Of a DNA stretch of 64,000 nt, positions 1 through 8,786 are shown piece after piece. Position 1 is the stretch's first letter; each line of letters begins with the position of its first letter. The notes below the pieces were generated by a model. The model ran no database searches. It saw only the letters and a program-made list of their open reading frames with translations, and had not been told where the DNA came from. The position numbers and the translations under genes were made by a program. This DNA comes from Actinomycetota bacterium (GTDB lineage: Bacteria; Actinomycetota; UBA4738; CALAEC01): the NCBI GenBank assembly GCA_036001425.1, contig DASYUI010000015.1, positions 9,520 to 73,519 on the forward strand. Direction: 5' to 3'.

Positions 1-583
1 CAGGGAAGGTCTCGCGCTCGATGGAAACCGCCACACCCTCGGGGACGTCGTCGAGCGCCCCCGGCTCGAGCACGTACGTCCCCGCGTTGATCGTCCCGGG
101 GACCGGGTCGGGGGGCTTCTCTCGGAAAGCCAGGACCCTGCCACCTTCCTCCCGGTCCACCAGGCCGTATGGCCTGGCGTCCTGCACCGGCGCCAGGGCG
201 ATCGTGGCCACGGCCTCCTGCTCGTGGTGGAAGGCCACCAGGGCCGACAGGTCGAGATCGGTGAGCACGTCCCCGTTCAGCACCAGGAACGTCCCGTCCA
301 GCAAGCCTCGAGCGCCCACCACGGCCCCACAGGTACCCAGGGGCTCCGGCTCGGTGATCCAGGTGATCCGGGGGAGTCCGCTCCGCTCATCGAGGAACGA
401 CTGGAACTCCCGCTCCAGGTACGGGGACGAGAGGACCGCCTCCTCGACGTCGTACCTGGCGAGGTGGTCGAGGACGTGGTGGAGGAAGGGCCGGTTCATG
501 AAGGGGATGAGCGGCTTGGGGACCGTCTCGGTGAGCGGGCGGAGGCGGGTGCCCTCGCCGCCCACCAGAACCACGGCCTTCAC
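1..583 (-). CDS. NDP-sugar pyrophosphorylase, mannose-1-phosphate guanylyltransferase-like (3' end outside window)
   Basis: Own translation of the minus strand from GTG at 583 gives VKAVVLVGGEGTRLRPLTETVPKPLIPFMNRP..., the GGxGTRLxPLT nucleotidyltransferase signature. The frame is open to position 1. GTGA overlap with the stop of the upstream GT2 gene. The 21..665 (+) ORF in the track is its antisense artefact. Confidence 0.8.
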   Translation of the reverse strand, partial: MKAVVLVGGEGTRLRPLTETVPKPLIPFMNRPFLHHVLDHLARYDVEEAVLSSPYLEREFQSFLDERSGLPRITWITEPEPLGTCGAVVGARGLLDGTFLVLNGDVLTDLDLSALVAFHHEQEAVATIALAPVQDARPYGLVDREEGGRVLAFREKPPDPVPGTINAGTYVLEPGALDDVPEGVAVSIERETFP

Positions 584-1455
584 GTGCCACTCCCCCGCGC
601 GTGGGCCCGCGCCCGAACGGCCAGCCAAGTCCGCAGCCATAGCGCCAGCCGAACCAGCGGCTTGAGGAGGACCAGGGGGCCTCGGGCAACGTGGCGGTCG
701 AAGTACCGGTAGATGCTCCGGGAGTGCTCCACGGCCATGCGCCTCGGCATGGTCCGGGAGGACACCCCGATCTCGTGGACCACCTCGACCTCGGGTGAGA
801 ACAGCACCGTCCAGCCCGCTTTCCGCAGCCGGGTGCACAGGTCCACGTCCTCGACGTACATGAAGTACCTCTCGTCGAACCCGCCGACATCGTCGTACGC
901 TTCCCGCCGCAGCAGCATGGCGGACCCGGAGATCCACTCCACCTCCCGTTCGGTGGCCCGGTCCCATCCGGCCATGGTGTATGAGCGCGTGAATGGGTTG
1001 TTGGGGAGGACCGGCCCCAGGAACGCGTGGCCCATCGACTCGAGGAGTCCGGGCACCTTTCGGGCCGAGGGCTGCACCGTGCCATCGGGGTTGCGGACCA
1101 GGAGCCCGATGGCACCGGCACGAGGGCGCTCCCCGGCGACCTTCAGGAGCGCAGCCAAGGTCCCGCCGCTGATCTCGGCGTCGGGGTTCAGCAGCAAGGC
1201 GTAGGGGGCCGCGGTCTCCCGGACCCCCTGGTTGGCCGCCGCAGCGAACCCTCGGTTCACCGGATTCTCGAGGATCCGGACGGCCGGGTGCTCCGCCGCG
1301 AGACGACCCGCGCTGCCGTCCCGCGACGCGTTGTCCACCACCACGATCTCGAGCGCCAGGTCCCCCGCGGCAAGGTACACGGACGCCACGCACTGGGGGA
1401 GGAAGTCCCCCGAGTTGTGGTTCACCACCACGACGGCGAGATCGCTTCTCTCCAT
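580..1455 (-). CDS. family 2 glycosyltransferase
   Basis: 291 aa. N-terminus LAVVVVNHNSGDFLPQCVASV...VVVDNASRDGS is the typical GT2 (GT-A) start, followed by a DxD-type region (YVEDVDL). Confidence 0.85.
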   Translation of the reverse strand: MERSDLAVVVVNHNSGDFLPQCVASVYLAAGDLALEIVVVDNASRDGSAGRLAAEHPAVRILENPVNRGFAAAANQGVRETAAPYALLLNPDAEISGGTLAALLKVAGERPRAGAIGLLVRNPDGTVQPSARKVPGLLESMGHAFLGPVLPNNPFTRSYTMAGWDRATEREVEWISGSAMLLRREAYDDVGGFDERYFMYVEDVDLCTRLRKAGWTVLFSPEVEVVHEIGVSSRTMPRRMAVEHSRSIYRYFDRHVARGPLVLLKPLVRLALWLRTWLAVRARAHARGSGT

Positions 1456-1995
1456 CTACGCGTGGGGGGTCCTGGAGATGAACACGATGCCCGAGATGAT
1501 CAGGAACACGCCGGCCCAGCGGAGGCCCGGGACCTCCGTCTTCAGGATGAACCGGTCGAAGAGCAGGATCAGCACGTAGGTCAGGGCGGCGAACGGATAG
1601 GCGAACGAGAGCGACACCCGCGACAGCACGATCAGCCAGAAGACGGCGGACACACCGAAGAGGATGAGCCCACCCCACACCGCGGGCTGCCGGGCCACTC
1701 GGAGCACGGTCTGGAGCGGCTCCTGGAGGTCGGTGATGCGGATCGCTCCGACCCTCGTCATGCCGTACTTCAAGGTGAGTTGCGCCGCGGCGGCCAGTGC
1801 CACGGACAGCACGATCACGCCGATCAACATGAGCTTGGCCCTCCTCGTTCGGGGTGGCGCGTGGCTGTGCGGCCGGTAGTCGAAATCCAGCGCCGTGCGC
1901 TCCGGCAGCTCGTGACGCTCTTGTGGCTCATGGGGATCATGGGTCGCGTGGACCTCATGGGGCTCATGGGCCTCGTCCCTCTCGACCCTGCTCAC
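1456..1995 (-). CDS. small EamA/SMR-like membrane protein (ArnE/ArnF-type flippase-like) with His-rich N-terminal tail
   Basis: The C-terminal ~125 aa form four hydrophobic helices (LMLIGVIVLSVALAAAAQ..., WGGLILFGVSAVFWLIVL..., FAALTYVLILLF..., WAGVFLIISGIVFI). GTGA overlap with the GT4 stop at 1992-1995 supports the long start. An internal Met is an alternative start. Confidence 0.6.
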   Translation of the reverse strand: MSRVERDEAHEPHEVHATHDPHEPQERHELPERTALDFDYRPHSHAPPRTRRAKLMLIGVIVLSVALAAAAQLTLKYGMTRVGAIRITDLQEPLQTVLRVARQPAVWGGLILFGVSAVFWLIVLSRVSLSFAYPFAALTYVLILLFDRFILKTEVPGLRWAGVFLIISGIVFISRTPHA

Positions 1996-3026
1996 GGCGC
2001 CACCTCGCGGCGATCGGCCCCTCCCTGGACCCCTTCGGCGCGCCGGGCGATGGTGCGGAGGGCACGGGCCAGCGCCCGGTCGTCCCGCACCACGACGTCA
2101 CGCTCGGAAGCCTGCTCGGGCAGCCCCCCAATGGCCGACACAACGGCGGGGGTCCCGATGGCCTGGGCCCGGGCGAGCGCCCCCGACGACCACGACCGCC
2201 GGTACGGAAGGACTACCGCGTCGGCGGCGGCGATCCACGCGTCGAACTCCTCGTCATCGACGAACCGATCGACGAGCTCGAACCCGGGAGTGGTACCGGC
2301 CAGCAGGCGCAGGCTCGCCGCATAGGCCAGGTTCTCAGGAGTCGCGTCGCGCACCGACCCCACGACGTACAGACGGCCGGTCCCCACGGCCCGGAACGCG
2401 TCGACCGCCCGCTGGTGGGCCTTGTGGGGCTGGAGGAAGCCCGGCGAGACGAACACCACCTCGCGTTGGGGGATCCCCAGGCGTCGCCGTGCGTCCTCCC
2501 GCGTGAACGCCCCTCGGAGCACCACCCCGTCCACGTGGCGGATGAGGCGTGCCCGAACCCGCACCCGGTACTGCCGCTCCAGCGCCTCCCGTTCGGACCG
2601 CGTATGGAACAGCAGGACCGGCGCGGCCCGAAACGCCGCGGCCAGCAGGACCTCGTCGGGCCGCCACCAGCGTGGTTGGTCGGCTTCGTGAATGAGAATC
2701 TCCGTCCGGCGCCGCCGGAGACATAGCCACAGCAGCGCTTTTGAGGTCGCGATCTTGGAAAGCGGCGCCCGGGGACGGTAGTAGAGCGCGGGCTGGAAAT
2801 GGACCACGATCCGGTCGAACCGGCGGCCCAGTCTGGCAGCGGCCAGGAAGGGACGGCCGCCGAAGAAGGGCACCTGCACGTCACCATCGCCGTCGGGGGG
2901 CGAGATCACGGTGACCTGATGGCCCTCCACACGAAGCCGCTCCACGTGGGCCCGGGCGTACCTCCCGATGCCGCAGTGCCGCGGCGGGTAGGACGAGACC
3001 ACGAGCACCCTGCTCACCCTATTCAC
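1992..3026 (-). CDS. GT4 (group 1) glycosyltransferase
   Basis: 344 aa. RVLVVSSYPPRHCGIGRYA... is a GT-B N-terminus, and the C-terminal half is E-x7-E-like. The start could instead be the GTG 12 nt downstream. Confidence 0.85.
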   Translation of the reverse strand: MNRVSRVLVVSSYPPRHCGIGRYARAHVERLRVEGHQVTVISPPDGDGDVQVPFFGGRPFLAAARLGRRFDRIVVHFQPALYYRPRAPLSKIATSKALLWLCLRRRRTEILIHEADQPRWWRPDEVLLAAAFRAAPVLLFHTRSEREALERQYRVRVRARLIRHVDGVVLRGAFTREDARRRLGIPQREVVFVSPGFLQPHKAHQRAVDAFRAVGTGRLYVVGSVRDATPENLAYAASLRLLAGTTPGFELVDRFVDDEEFDAWIAAADAVVLPYRRSWSSGALARAQAIGTPAVVSAIGGLPEQASERDVVVRDDRALARALRTIARRAEGVQGGADRREVAP

Positions 3027-3028
3027 TC

Positions 3029-3128
3029 TCCTCAGTCCGGTGCCTTCGGCAGCGTCCTTCGGCCGGGGGAATGCAGCAGCCTGATCCGCTCCGCTTCGCT
3101 CCGCGGGGCTGCTTCCCCCCGGACCCCC
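3029..3128 (-). repeat. modular intergenic hairpin repeat, copy 1 (modules A-C-D)
   Basis: In element orientation it reads TGA|GGGGGTCCGGGGGG AAGCAGCCCCGCGGAGCGAAGCGGAGCGGATCAGGCTGCTGCATTCCCCC GGCCGAAGGACGCTGCCGAAGGCACCGGACTGAGGAGAG. It starts directly after the wzt stop at 3129-3131. Confidence 0.85.
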
Positions 3129-4313
3129 TCACAGCTCCTCCACGCGCAGCTTGGCCGGGACCCATACCTGTCCCTCGATCCCCGCGCTGTCGTCCACGTC
3201 GAACGCGTACCGCTGGTCGTGCCAGTCGTACACCTTATCCAGCCCTCGGGAGTGCACACCGACGGTGAGGTGGTACCGCCCGCTCACGAAGGGCATGGTT
3301 GCCAGCTCGAAGGTCACCCGGAGCGTGCCCTCCACTCTTCCCAGCGCGTGCTCCAACCAGTCCGTCCCGACCTTGTACGCGAGCCGATCACGGGCGTCGT
3401 ACAGCGCCGCCGAGACCACTGGATCGTCGACGGGCCGGTTGGCCTTGAGGTCGACCTGGATCGAAAGGGGCTTCGCCGGGCGGACCCTCTTGACCGGCCT
3501 GCCCTCCGAGTCGAGGAGAGCCACCCCCAGGACCTCGATGTCCTGCGTTGCCTCCCCCCGGACGAACGGGGCTCGCTCCTGGAGGAGCACCACCCGGAAC
3601 TCGCGAAGGACGTCCCGGACATCACCGGAGGCCCGGATTCGACCTCCGTCGAGCATCACCGCCCGGTCGCATATCTCCCGGACCCGCTCCACGGCGTGCG
3701 TGACGAGGACGATGGTCCGTCCCTCTTCCTGGAACCGGCGCACCCGAGCGATGCACTTGCGCTGGAACGCCTCGTCCCCAACGGCCAGCACCTCGTCCAC
3801 GAGCAGGATCTCCGGGTCCACGTGCACGGCCACGGCGAACCCGAGGCGGACGAACATCCCCGAGGAGTAGTGCTTCACCTGGTTGTCGATGAATGGCTCG
3901 AGCTCGGCGAATCCCACGATGTCGTCGAAGCGACGGTCGGTTTCCCTCTTGGAGAGGCCCAGGATCGACGCGTTGAGGTACACGTTCTCTCGGCCGGTGA
4001 GCTCGGGATGGAAGCCCGCGCCGAGCTCGAGGAGTGCGGCGATCCGGCCCCGGGTGGTCACCCGCCCGGCGGTTGGCCGGAGGATGCCGCCGATGATCTT
4101 GAGGAGCGTGGTCTTCCCCGATCCGTTGGCGCCGATCAATCCAACGGTCTCCCCCTCCCCCACGTCGAAGGCAACGTCGCGCAGGGCCCAGAACTCCTCG
4201 GCGCGCGTCCGGCGCAACCGAAGCACCCGCTCCTTCAGGCTCGACGCGCGCTCGTGGTAGAGCCGGAATCGCTTGGATACGGCGTCGATGGATATGGCCG
4301 GCGCGGCCGCCAC
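3129..4313 (-). CDS. wzt: polysaccharide ABC exporter ATP-binding protein with C-terminal carbohydrate-binding (Wzt_C-like) domain
   Basis: 394 aa. Walker A GANGSGKTT, ABC signature YSSGM, Walker B LLVDEVL. An extra ~150 aa beta-rich C-terminal domain matches Wzt/TagH-type exporters. Confidence 0.9.
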   Translation of the reverse strand: MAAAPAISIDAVSKRFRLYHERASSLKERVLRLRRTRAEEFWALRDVAFDVGEGETVGLIGANGSGKTTLLKIIGGILRPTAGRVTTRGRIAALLELGAGFHPELTGRENVYLNASILGLSKRETDRRFDDIVGFAELEPFIDNQVKHYSSGMFVRLGFAVAVHVDPEILLVDEVLAVGDEAFQRKCIARVRRFQEEGRTIVLVTHAVERVREICDRAVMLDGGRIRASGDVRDVLREFRVVLLQERAPFVRGEATQDIEVLGVALLDSEGRPVKRVRPAKPLSIQVDLKANRPVDDPVVSAALYDARDRLAYKVGTDWLEHALGRVEGTLRVTFELATMPFVSGRYHLTVGVHSRGLDKVYDWHDQRYAFDVDDSAGIEGQVWVPAKLRVEEL

Positions 4314-5201
4314 CTAGAGCTCCTCCGCGAAGTCGCCCGACATCCGGTAGAAGGCCCGCCACGTGACGTAGAGCAACAGGATGGAGACAGCGCCGAGCGC
4401 CCCGAGTCGCCCGGCGTACCAGGCGATCCCGGGGTCGGGCAGCTCGGACAAGGCTTCCGCAGAGGAACCGCCGTAGAGCGCGCGCTGGAACGCCAGGACC
4501 ACGTTGGCCAGGGGGTTCAGCAGGTACAGCTGGAGGGCCCGGGCCCCCAGGTTCTCCGCCACGACCTTTGGGCCCTGATACACGATGGGCGTCACCCAGA
4601 ACCAAGCCAGGAGCGCCAGGTCCACGAGATGGTGGGTATCGCGGTACCGGACGTTGAACGCCGACGTCGACAGGCCCACGGCGGTGAGGAACAGGAGCAG
4701 GACGACCAGGGCAAGCGGAACCAACACCAGCGCCGGCCCCAGGAACGGGTACGTGAACACGAGCAGCGCGGCGACCAGGACGAGCGACTGGTAGCCGAAG
4801 TTCACGACCGCGGCACCGATCGCCGAAAGCGGAAGGATCTCCCGAGGGAAGGCCACCTTCGTCACCAACGGACCGTTCGCCACCACCGATCCGGTGGCCC
4901 CCTGGAGCCCCGTGGCGAAGAGGGTCCAGGGCACGATGCCGGCGAGCAGATACACCACGAAGTTCGAGATCCCGCTCCTGAGGAAGAACGTGAACACCAC
5001 ATAGAAGACGGCCAGGTACAGGACGGGGTTCAGCATCGACCAGGCCACGCCGAGGACCGACGACTTGTACTTGACCTTGGTCTCCTTGCGGATCAGGTTG
5101 ACCAGCACTTCCCGGTGATGGAAGAGCTCCCGGAGGCGCCGCCCGACCCGTAGGCGGGGCGGCTCGCTCGTCCGGACCAGGAGCTCCGTTTCGGTGTTCA
5201 T
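4314..5201 (-). CDS. wzm: ABC-2 type polysaccharide exporter permease
   Basis: 295 aa. The KYKSSVLGVAWSMLNP motif is typical of Wzm/TagG ABC-2 permeases. Six hydrophobic segments. Abuts the wzt start. Confidence 0.9.
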   Translation of the reverse strand: MNTETELLVRTSEPPRLRVGRRLRELFHHREVLVNLIRKETKVKYKSSVLGVAWSMLNPVLYLAVFYVVFTFFLRSGISNFVVYLLAGIVPWTLFATGLQGATGSVVANGPLVTKVAFPREILPLSAIGAAVVNFGYQSLVLVAALLVFTYPFLGPALVLVPLALVVLLLFLTAVGLSTSAFNVRYRDTHHLVDLALLAWFWVTPIVYQGPKVVAENLGARALQLYLLNPLANVVLAFQRALYGGSSAEALSELPDPGIAWYAGRLGALGAVSILLLYVTWRAFYRMSGDFAEEL

Positions 5202-6031
5202 CGGACCCGCTGCAGCATCGCCCGGAGGGCCTCGTCGAGGCTCGGCAGGGAAGTCACCCCGGAGACGGGAACGATCTCACTGGCCAGGGCGGAGTTGCGA
5301 GGCCGGCGCGCCGGAAGCGCCAGATCGTCCGACTTCTGCTCGGTGAGCTCGCCCCGAAGGCCGCCGAGGTCGCGAGCCCGAGCGAGCAGGTCGAACCACG
5401 TGGTCGGCTCGGGCCCGGCGAGGTGCACGACCCCGCGCAGGCCGGAGGATAGGAGAGCCACGAGTCCGTCGACCAGGTGCGGTACGTAGGTCGGGGTCCC
5501 GGTGCGGTCCACGATCCCGCCTACCGACTCGCCCGCGGACAGTCGTCCCAGGGATCTCGAGAAGAAGTCGTCACCCGCCCCGAATAGCCACCCCGTTCGG
5601 ACGACGAGATGCTCCGGCGTCCGCAAGCGGACCTCGTCCTCTCCGGCCAGCTTGCTCTTCCCATACGCGGAGAGGGGATTCGGCGGGTCCGACTCCACGT
5701 ACGGTTCCTCCTTCTCACCGTCGAACACGTAGTCGGTGGACGTGTACACGATGAGCGCCCCGGATTCTCGGGCGGCGTCGGCGACGTTGGCGGTTCCGTG
5801 CGCGTTCACGGCGAACGCGAGGTCGGGATGTTCCTCGCAGGCGTCCACCGCCGTCATCGCCCCGAGGTGCACGACCACATCGGGTCTGGCCTCGCGGATG
5901 CTCGCGAGCACCTCTTCTCGTTCCTCGACGGGAAGCTCGTCGTGCCCGAAGCCGATGACGTCGTGGTTCGCGGCGTGCTCCACGAGGGCGCGGCCCACGC
6001 CACCCCCGGCCCCGGTGACGACGATCCTCAT
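5198..6031 (-). CDS. rmlD: dTDP-4-dehydrorhamnose reductase
   Basis: Trimmed to ATG at 6031 (MRIVVTGAGGGVGRAL...), with catalytic YGKSK. The upstream 46 codons of the 5198..6169 track ORF are read-through of repeat copy 2. Confidence 0.85.
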   Translation of the reverse strand: MRIVVTGAGGGVGRALVEHAANHDVIGFGHDELPVEEREEVLASIREARPDVVVHLGAMTAVDACEEHPDLAFAVNAHGTANVADAARESGALIVYTSTDYVFDGEKEEPYVESDPPNPLSAYGKSKLAGEDEVRLRTPEHLVVRTGWLFGAGDDFFSRSLGRLSAGESVGGIVDRTGTPTYVPHLVDGLVALLSSGLRGVVHLAGPEPTTWFDLLARARDLGGLRGELTEQKSDDLALPARRPRNSALASEIVPVSGVTSLPSLDEALRAMLQRVR

Positions 6032-6048
6032 CCGTGCTCCTCGACTTT

Positions 6049-6235
6049 CCCCCTGGACCCCCTCATCCCTTCTCCTCAGTCCGCTGCCTTTGGCAGCGTC
6101 CTTCGACCAGGGGGAATGCAGCAGCCTTATTCCGCTCGGCTTCGCCTCGCGGGGCTGCTGGCACCCCACGGATCTCGCTCGCTACGCTCGCTGCGATCCG
6201 CGGGGACCCCGCGACTTCCCCCCTGGACCCCCTCA
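6049..6235 (-). repeat. modular intergenic hairpin repeat, copy 2 (A-B-C-D plus a second partial A)
   Basis: Full-length copy between the rmlB stop (6233-6235) and the rmlD start. Flanked by a 24-nt direct repeat CGACTT(T/C)CCCCCTGGACCCCCTCA at 6042-6065 and 6212-6235. Confidence 0.85.
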
Positions 6236-7231
6236 CCGGGACACCTCGCGCGGCGGGGTGACGATGGGACCGGCGTGTGCACCACGGAGCCAATCGAGAT
6301 GATCCCGGTACCACTCGATCGTTCGGGCCAGTCCCTCCTGGAAGGGGATCTGCGGACGCCAGCCCAGGGCTTGGACTCGGTCGGACGTCACCCCGTAGCG
6401 GAAGTCGTGCCCCGGGCGGTCCGGGACGAACGAGATCAGTGACTCGGGCGCCCCGGCCAGGCGGCAGATCGTCCGGGCCAGCTCGAGGTTGGAGAGCTCG
6501 TGTCCAGCGCCGACGTTGTAGACGATCCCGGGTTCCCCGCGATCGAGCACCAGGAGCGCGGCGCGGACCCAGTCCCGCACATGGAGGAACTCCCGGCGTT
6601 GCTCTCCGTGGCCGTACACGGGGATCGGACGGCCCTCGAGGGCCGCCATCGTGTACGTGGGGACGACCCGTTCGATCTGCCGAGGTCCGTAGGCATTGGT
6701 TCCCCTCAGCACCGTCACGTTCGCGCCGTAGGTAACGACGTACGCCTGGCACAGCAGATCGGCCGCAGCCTTGCTCGCGGCGTACGGGCTGCGAGGCGCG
6801 AGGGCGTGGTCCTCGTCGAACACCCCGCCGGCGGGATCGCCCGCTCCGTACACCTCATCGGTAGAGATCATCAGCATCCGCGTTCCCGAATCCCGGCACG
6901 TCTCCAGCACGGCCTGTGTCCCCATCACGTTGACCGTGAGAAACTCCCTGGGCTCGGCGATGCTCCGGTCCACGTGGGACTCGGCGGCGGCATGGATCAC
7001 CGCGTCGGCCGTCTCGACGAGCTCGCGCACCGCGCCGGCGTCGAGGATGTCCCCCACCACGAGCCGGAATCGCGGGTCCTCTTCATGCTCCTCGAGGTTC
7101 GCCCGGCTCCCGCCGGTGGACAGCCGGTCGAGGACCGTCACTCGCGTGCCCGGTTCCTCCAGAAGGCGATCGACCAGGTGAGAGCCGATGAATCCCGCCC
7201 CCCCGGTGACGAGCACGTGGCGCTCGGTCAC
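6233..7231 (-). CDS. rmlB: dTDP-glucose 4,6-dehydratase
   Basis: Trimmed to GTG at 7231 (VTERHVLVTGGAGFIGSH...), with catalytic YAASKAA. GTGA overlap with the rmlC stop. Confidence 0.9.
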   Translation of the reverse strand: MTERHVLVTGGAGFIGSHLVDRLLEEPGTRVTVLDRLSTGGSRANLEEHEEDPRFRLVVGDILDAGAVRELVETADAVIHAAAESHVDRSIAEPREFLTVNVMGTQAVLETCRDSGTRMLMISTDEVYGAGDPAGGVFDEDHALAPRSPYAASKAAADLLCQAYVVTYGANVTVLRGTNAYGPRQIERVVPTYTMAALEGRPIPVYGHGEQRREFLHVRDWVRAALLVLDRGEPGIVYNVGAGHELSNLELARTICRLAGAPESLISFVPDRPGHDFRYGVTSDRVQALGWRPQIPFQEGLARTIEWYRDHLDWLRGAHAGPIVTPPREVSR

Positions 7232-7692
7232 TTGAAGGCGACGTCCCAGCCGTAGGGGATGTCGGGGGTGTTCCACGCCGCCCGGTACTCGTCCGGGGCC
7301 TCGCGGTTGTAGGGCTCGGTGGGGATGTTCACCACGATCGACTCGTCCTCGGAGATGCACTTCCACCCGTGATAGACGCCCGCGGGAACCCGGATCAGCC
7401 TCGCGTTGTGATCTCCGATGAAGTACTCGGTCAACGTGCCCTTCGTCGGGGAGTCGTCTCGCGCGTCGTACAGCACCAGCTTCACCATGCCCTTCACGCA
7501 GCAGAAGTTGTCGTCCTGGACCTTGTGAAGGTGCCAGGCCTTGACCACGCCCGGATAGGTCGTGCTGATGTAGACCTGTCCGAACTTCTCGAATCCCTCC
7601 TCGTCGGCGCGGAGGATCTCCATCAATCGTCCCCGCTCGTCGGGGATGACCGCGAGGTCCTTCACCCAGACGCCGTCGATCTCGTCTGCCAC
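7228..7692 (-). CDS. rmlC: dTDP-4-dehydrorhamnose 3,5-epimerase family (short cupin form)
   Basis: 154 aa cupin (DERGRLMEI..., KAWHLH..., GVYHGW). Lies between rmlA and rmlB. Strong SD GAGGAAGGA 6 nt before the GTG at 7692. Confidence 0.75.
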   Translation of the reverse strand: MADEIDGVWVKDLAVIPDERGRLMEILRADEEGFEKFGQVYISTTYPGVVKAWHLHKVQDDNFCCVKGMVKLVLYDARDDSPTKGTLTEYFIGDHNARLIRVPAGVYHGWKCISEDESIVVNIPTEPYNREAPDEYRAAWNTPDIPYGWDVAFK

Positions 7693-7724
7693 CGGTGGTC
7701 CTTCCTCGGGTTGCTCGGCCGAGT

Positions 7725-8786
7725 CTAGAACACCTCGACCTGGCTCTGGTCGCCGAGCATCAGCCGGTACATGGCCGGGCGTTCCTTACCCCTGCGGACC
7801 TCGACGTCCTTGCCGAGGAGCGACTGGGCCATCCCGCGGACGTCCTCGACCCGGCATCGCTCCATCACGATCGAGTCCTCGACCTGGCTGCCCTCGATGC
7901 GGCAGCCGAAGTAGATGGAGGCGTTCGGGCCAATCACCGAGTCCTCCACGATGGAGTCCTCGCCAACGATTGCCGGCCCCCGGACGACCGACCGCGTCAC
8001 CTTGGCCCCTCGCTCCACCACAACCTGGCCCACGAGGCGAGACGATTCGTCGACGTCCCCATCGACGCGGGACTCGAGAACCGAGAGCATCATCCGGTTC
8101 GCCTCGAGGAGGTCCTCGAGCCTTCCGGTGTCCTTCCACCATCCGCTCACCATCTCAGCGCGCACGGCGCGACCCTGGTCGATGAGGTACTGGATGGAGT
8201 CGGTGATCTCGAGCTCCCCTCGCCAAGAGGGCCGGACGGAAGCCACGGCCTCGTGGACGCTCGTATCGAAGAGGTAGACACCGACCAGCGCCAGGTCGGA
8301 GATGCGCTCCTTCGGCTTCTCGACGAGGCGAACGACCCGGTCTTCCTCGAGGACCGCCACGCCGAATCGCTCGGGCTCCGGCACCGCAGCCAGGAAGATC
8401 TGCGCGTTGGGCCTGTGGCGGTCGAACTCCTCCACGAAGCGGGTGATGCCCTCGAGGAGCACGTTGTCACCGAGGTACATCACGAAGTCGTCGTCTCCGA
8501 GGAACTCGCGGGAGACCAGCACCGCATGCGCCAGACCCAGCGGAGCCTCCTGACGGATGTACGTGACTTCGAGACCCCACGCCGAGCCGTCCCCGACCGC
8601 TGTCTCGATCTCCTTGGCCGTGGATCCGACGACCATCCCCACCTTGCGGATACCGGCCGCGGCGATGGACTCGAGGCCGTAGAAGAGGATGGGCTTATTG
8701 GCCACCGGGATGAGCTGCTTCGAGCTCGTGTGGGTGATCGGCCGGAGCCGGGTTCCCTCTCCACCCGAGAGGACCAACGCTTTCAC
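7725..8786 (-). CDS. rmlA: glucose-1-phosphate thymidylyltransferase (long form with C-terminal left-handed beta-helix)
   Basis: 353 aa. MKALVLSGGEGTRLRPITHTSSKQLIPVANKP nucleotidyltransferase signature. The C-terminal ~110 aa show hexapeptide-repeat character. Confidence 0.85.
   Translation of the reverse strand: MKALVLSGGEGTRLRPITHTSSKQLIPVANKPILFYGLESIAAAGIRKVGMVVGSTAKEIETAVGDGSAWGLEVTYIRQEAPLGLAHAVLVSREFLGDDDFVMYLGDNVLLEGITRFVEEFDRHRPNAQIFLAAVPEPERFGVAVLEEDRVVRLVEKPKERISDLALVGVYLFDTSVHEAVASVRPSWRGELEITDSIQYLIDQGRAVRAEMVSGWWKDTGRLEDLLEANRMMLSVLESRVDGDVDESSRLVGQVVVERGAKVTRSVVRGPAIVGEDSIVEDSVIGPNASIYFGCRIEGSQVEDSIVMERCRVEDVRGMAQSLLGKDVEVRRGKERPAMYRLMLGDQSQVEVF

Noticed and set aside
2799-5153. 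784-aa plus-strand ORF
   Set aside because: It is antisense to wzt and wzm, which have clear ABC motifs. Its composition is low-complexity.
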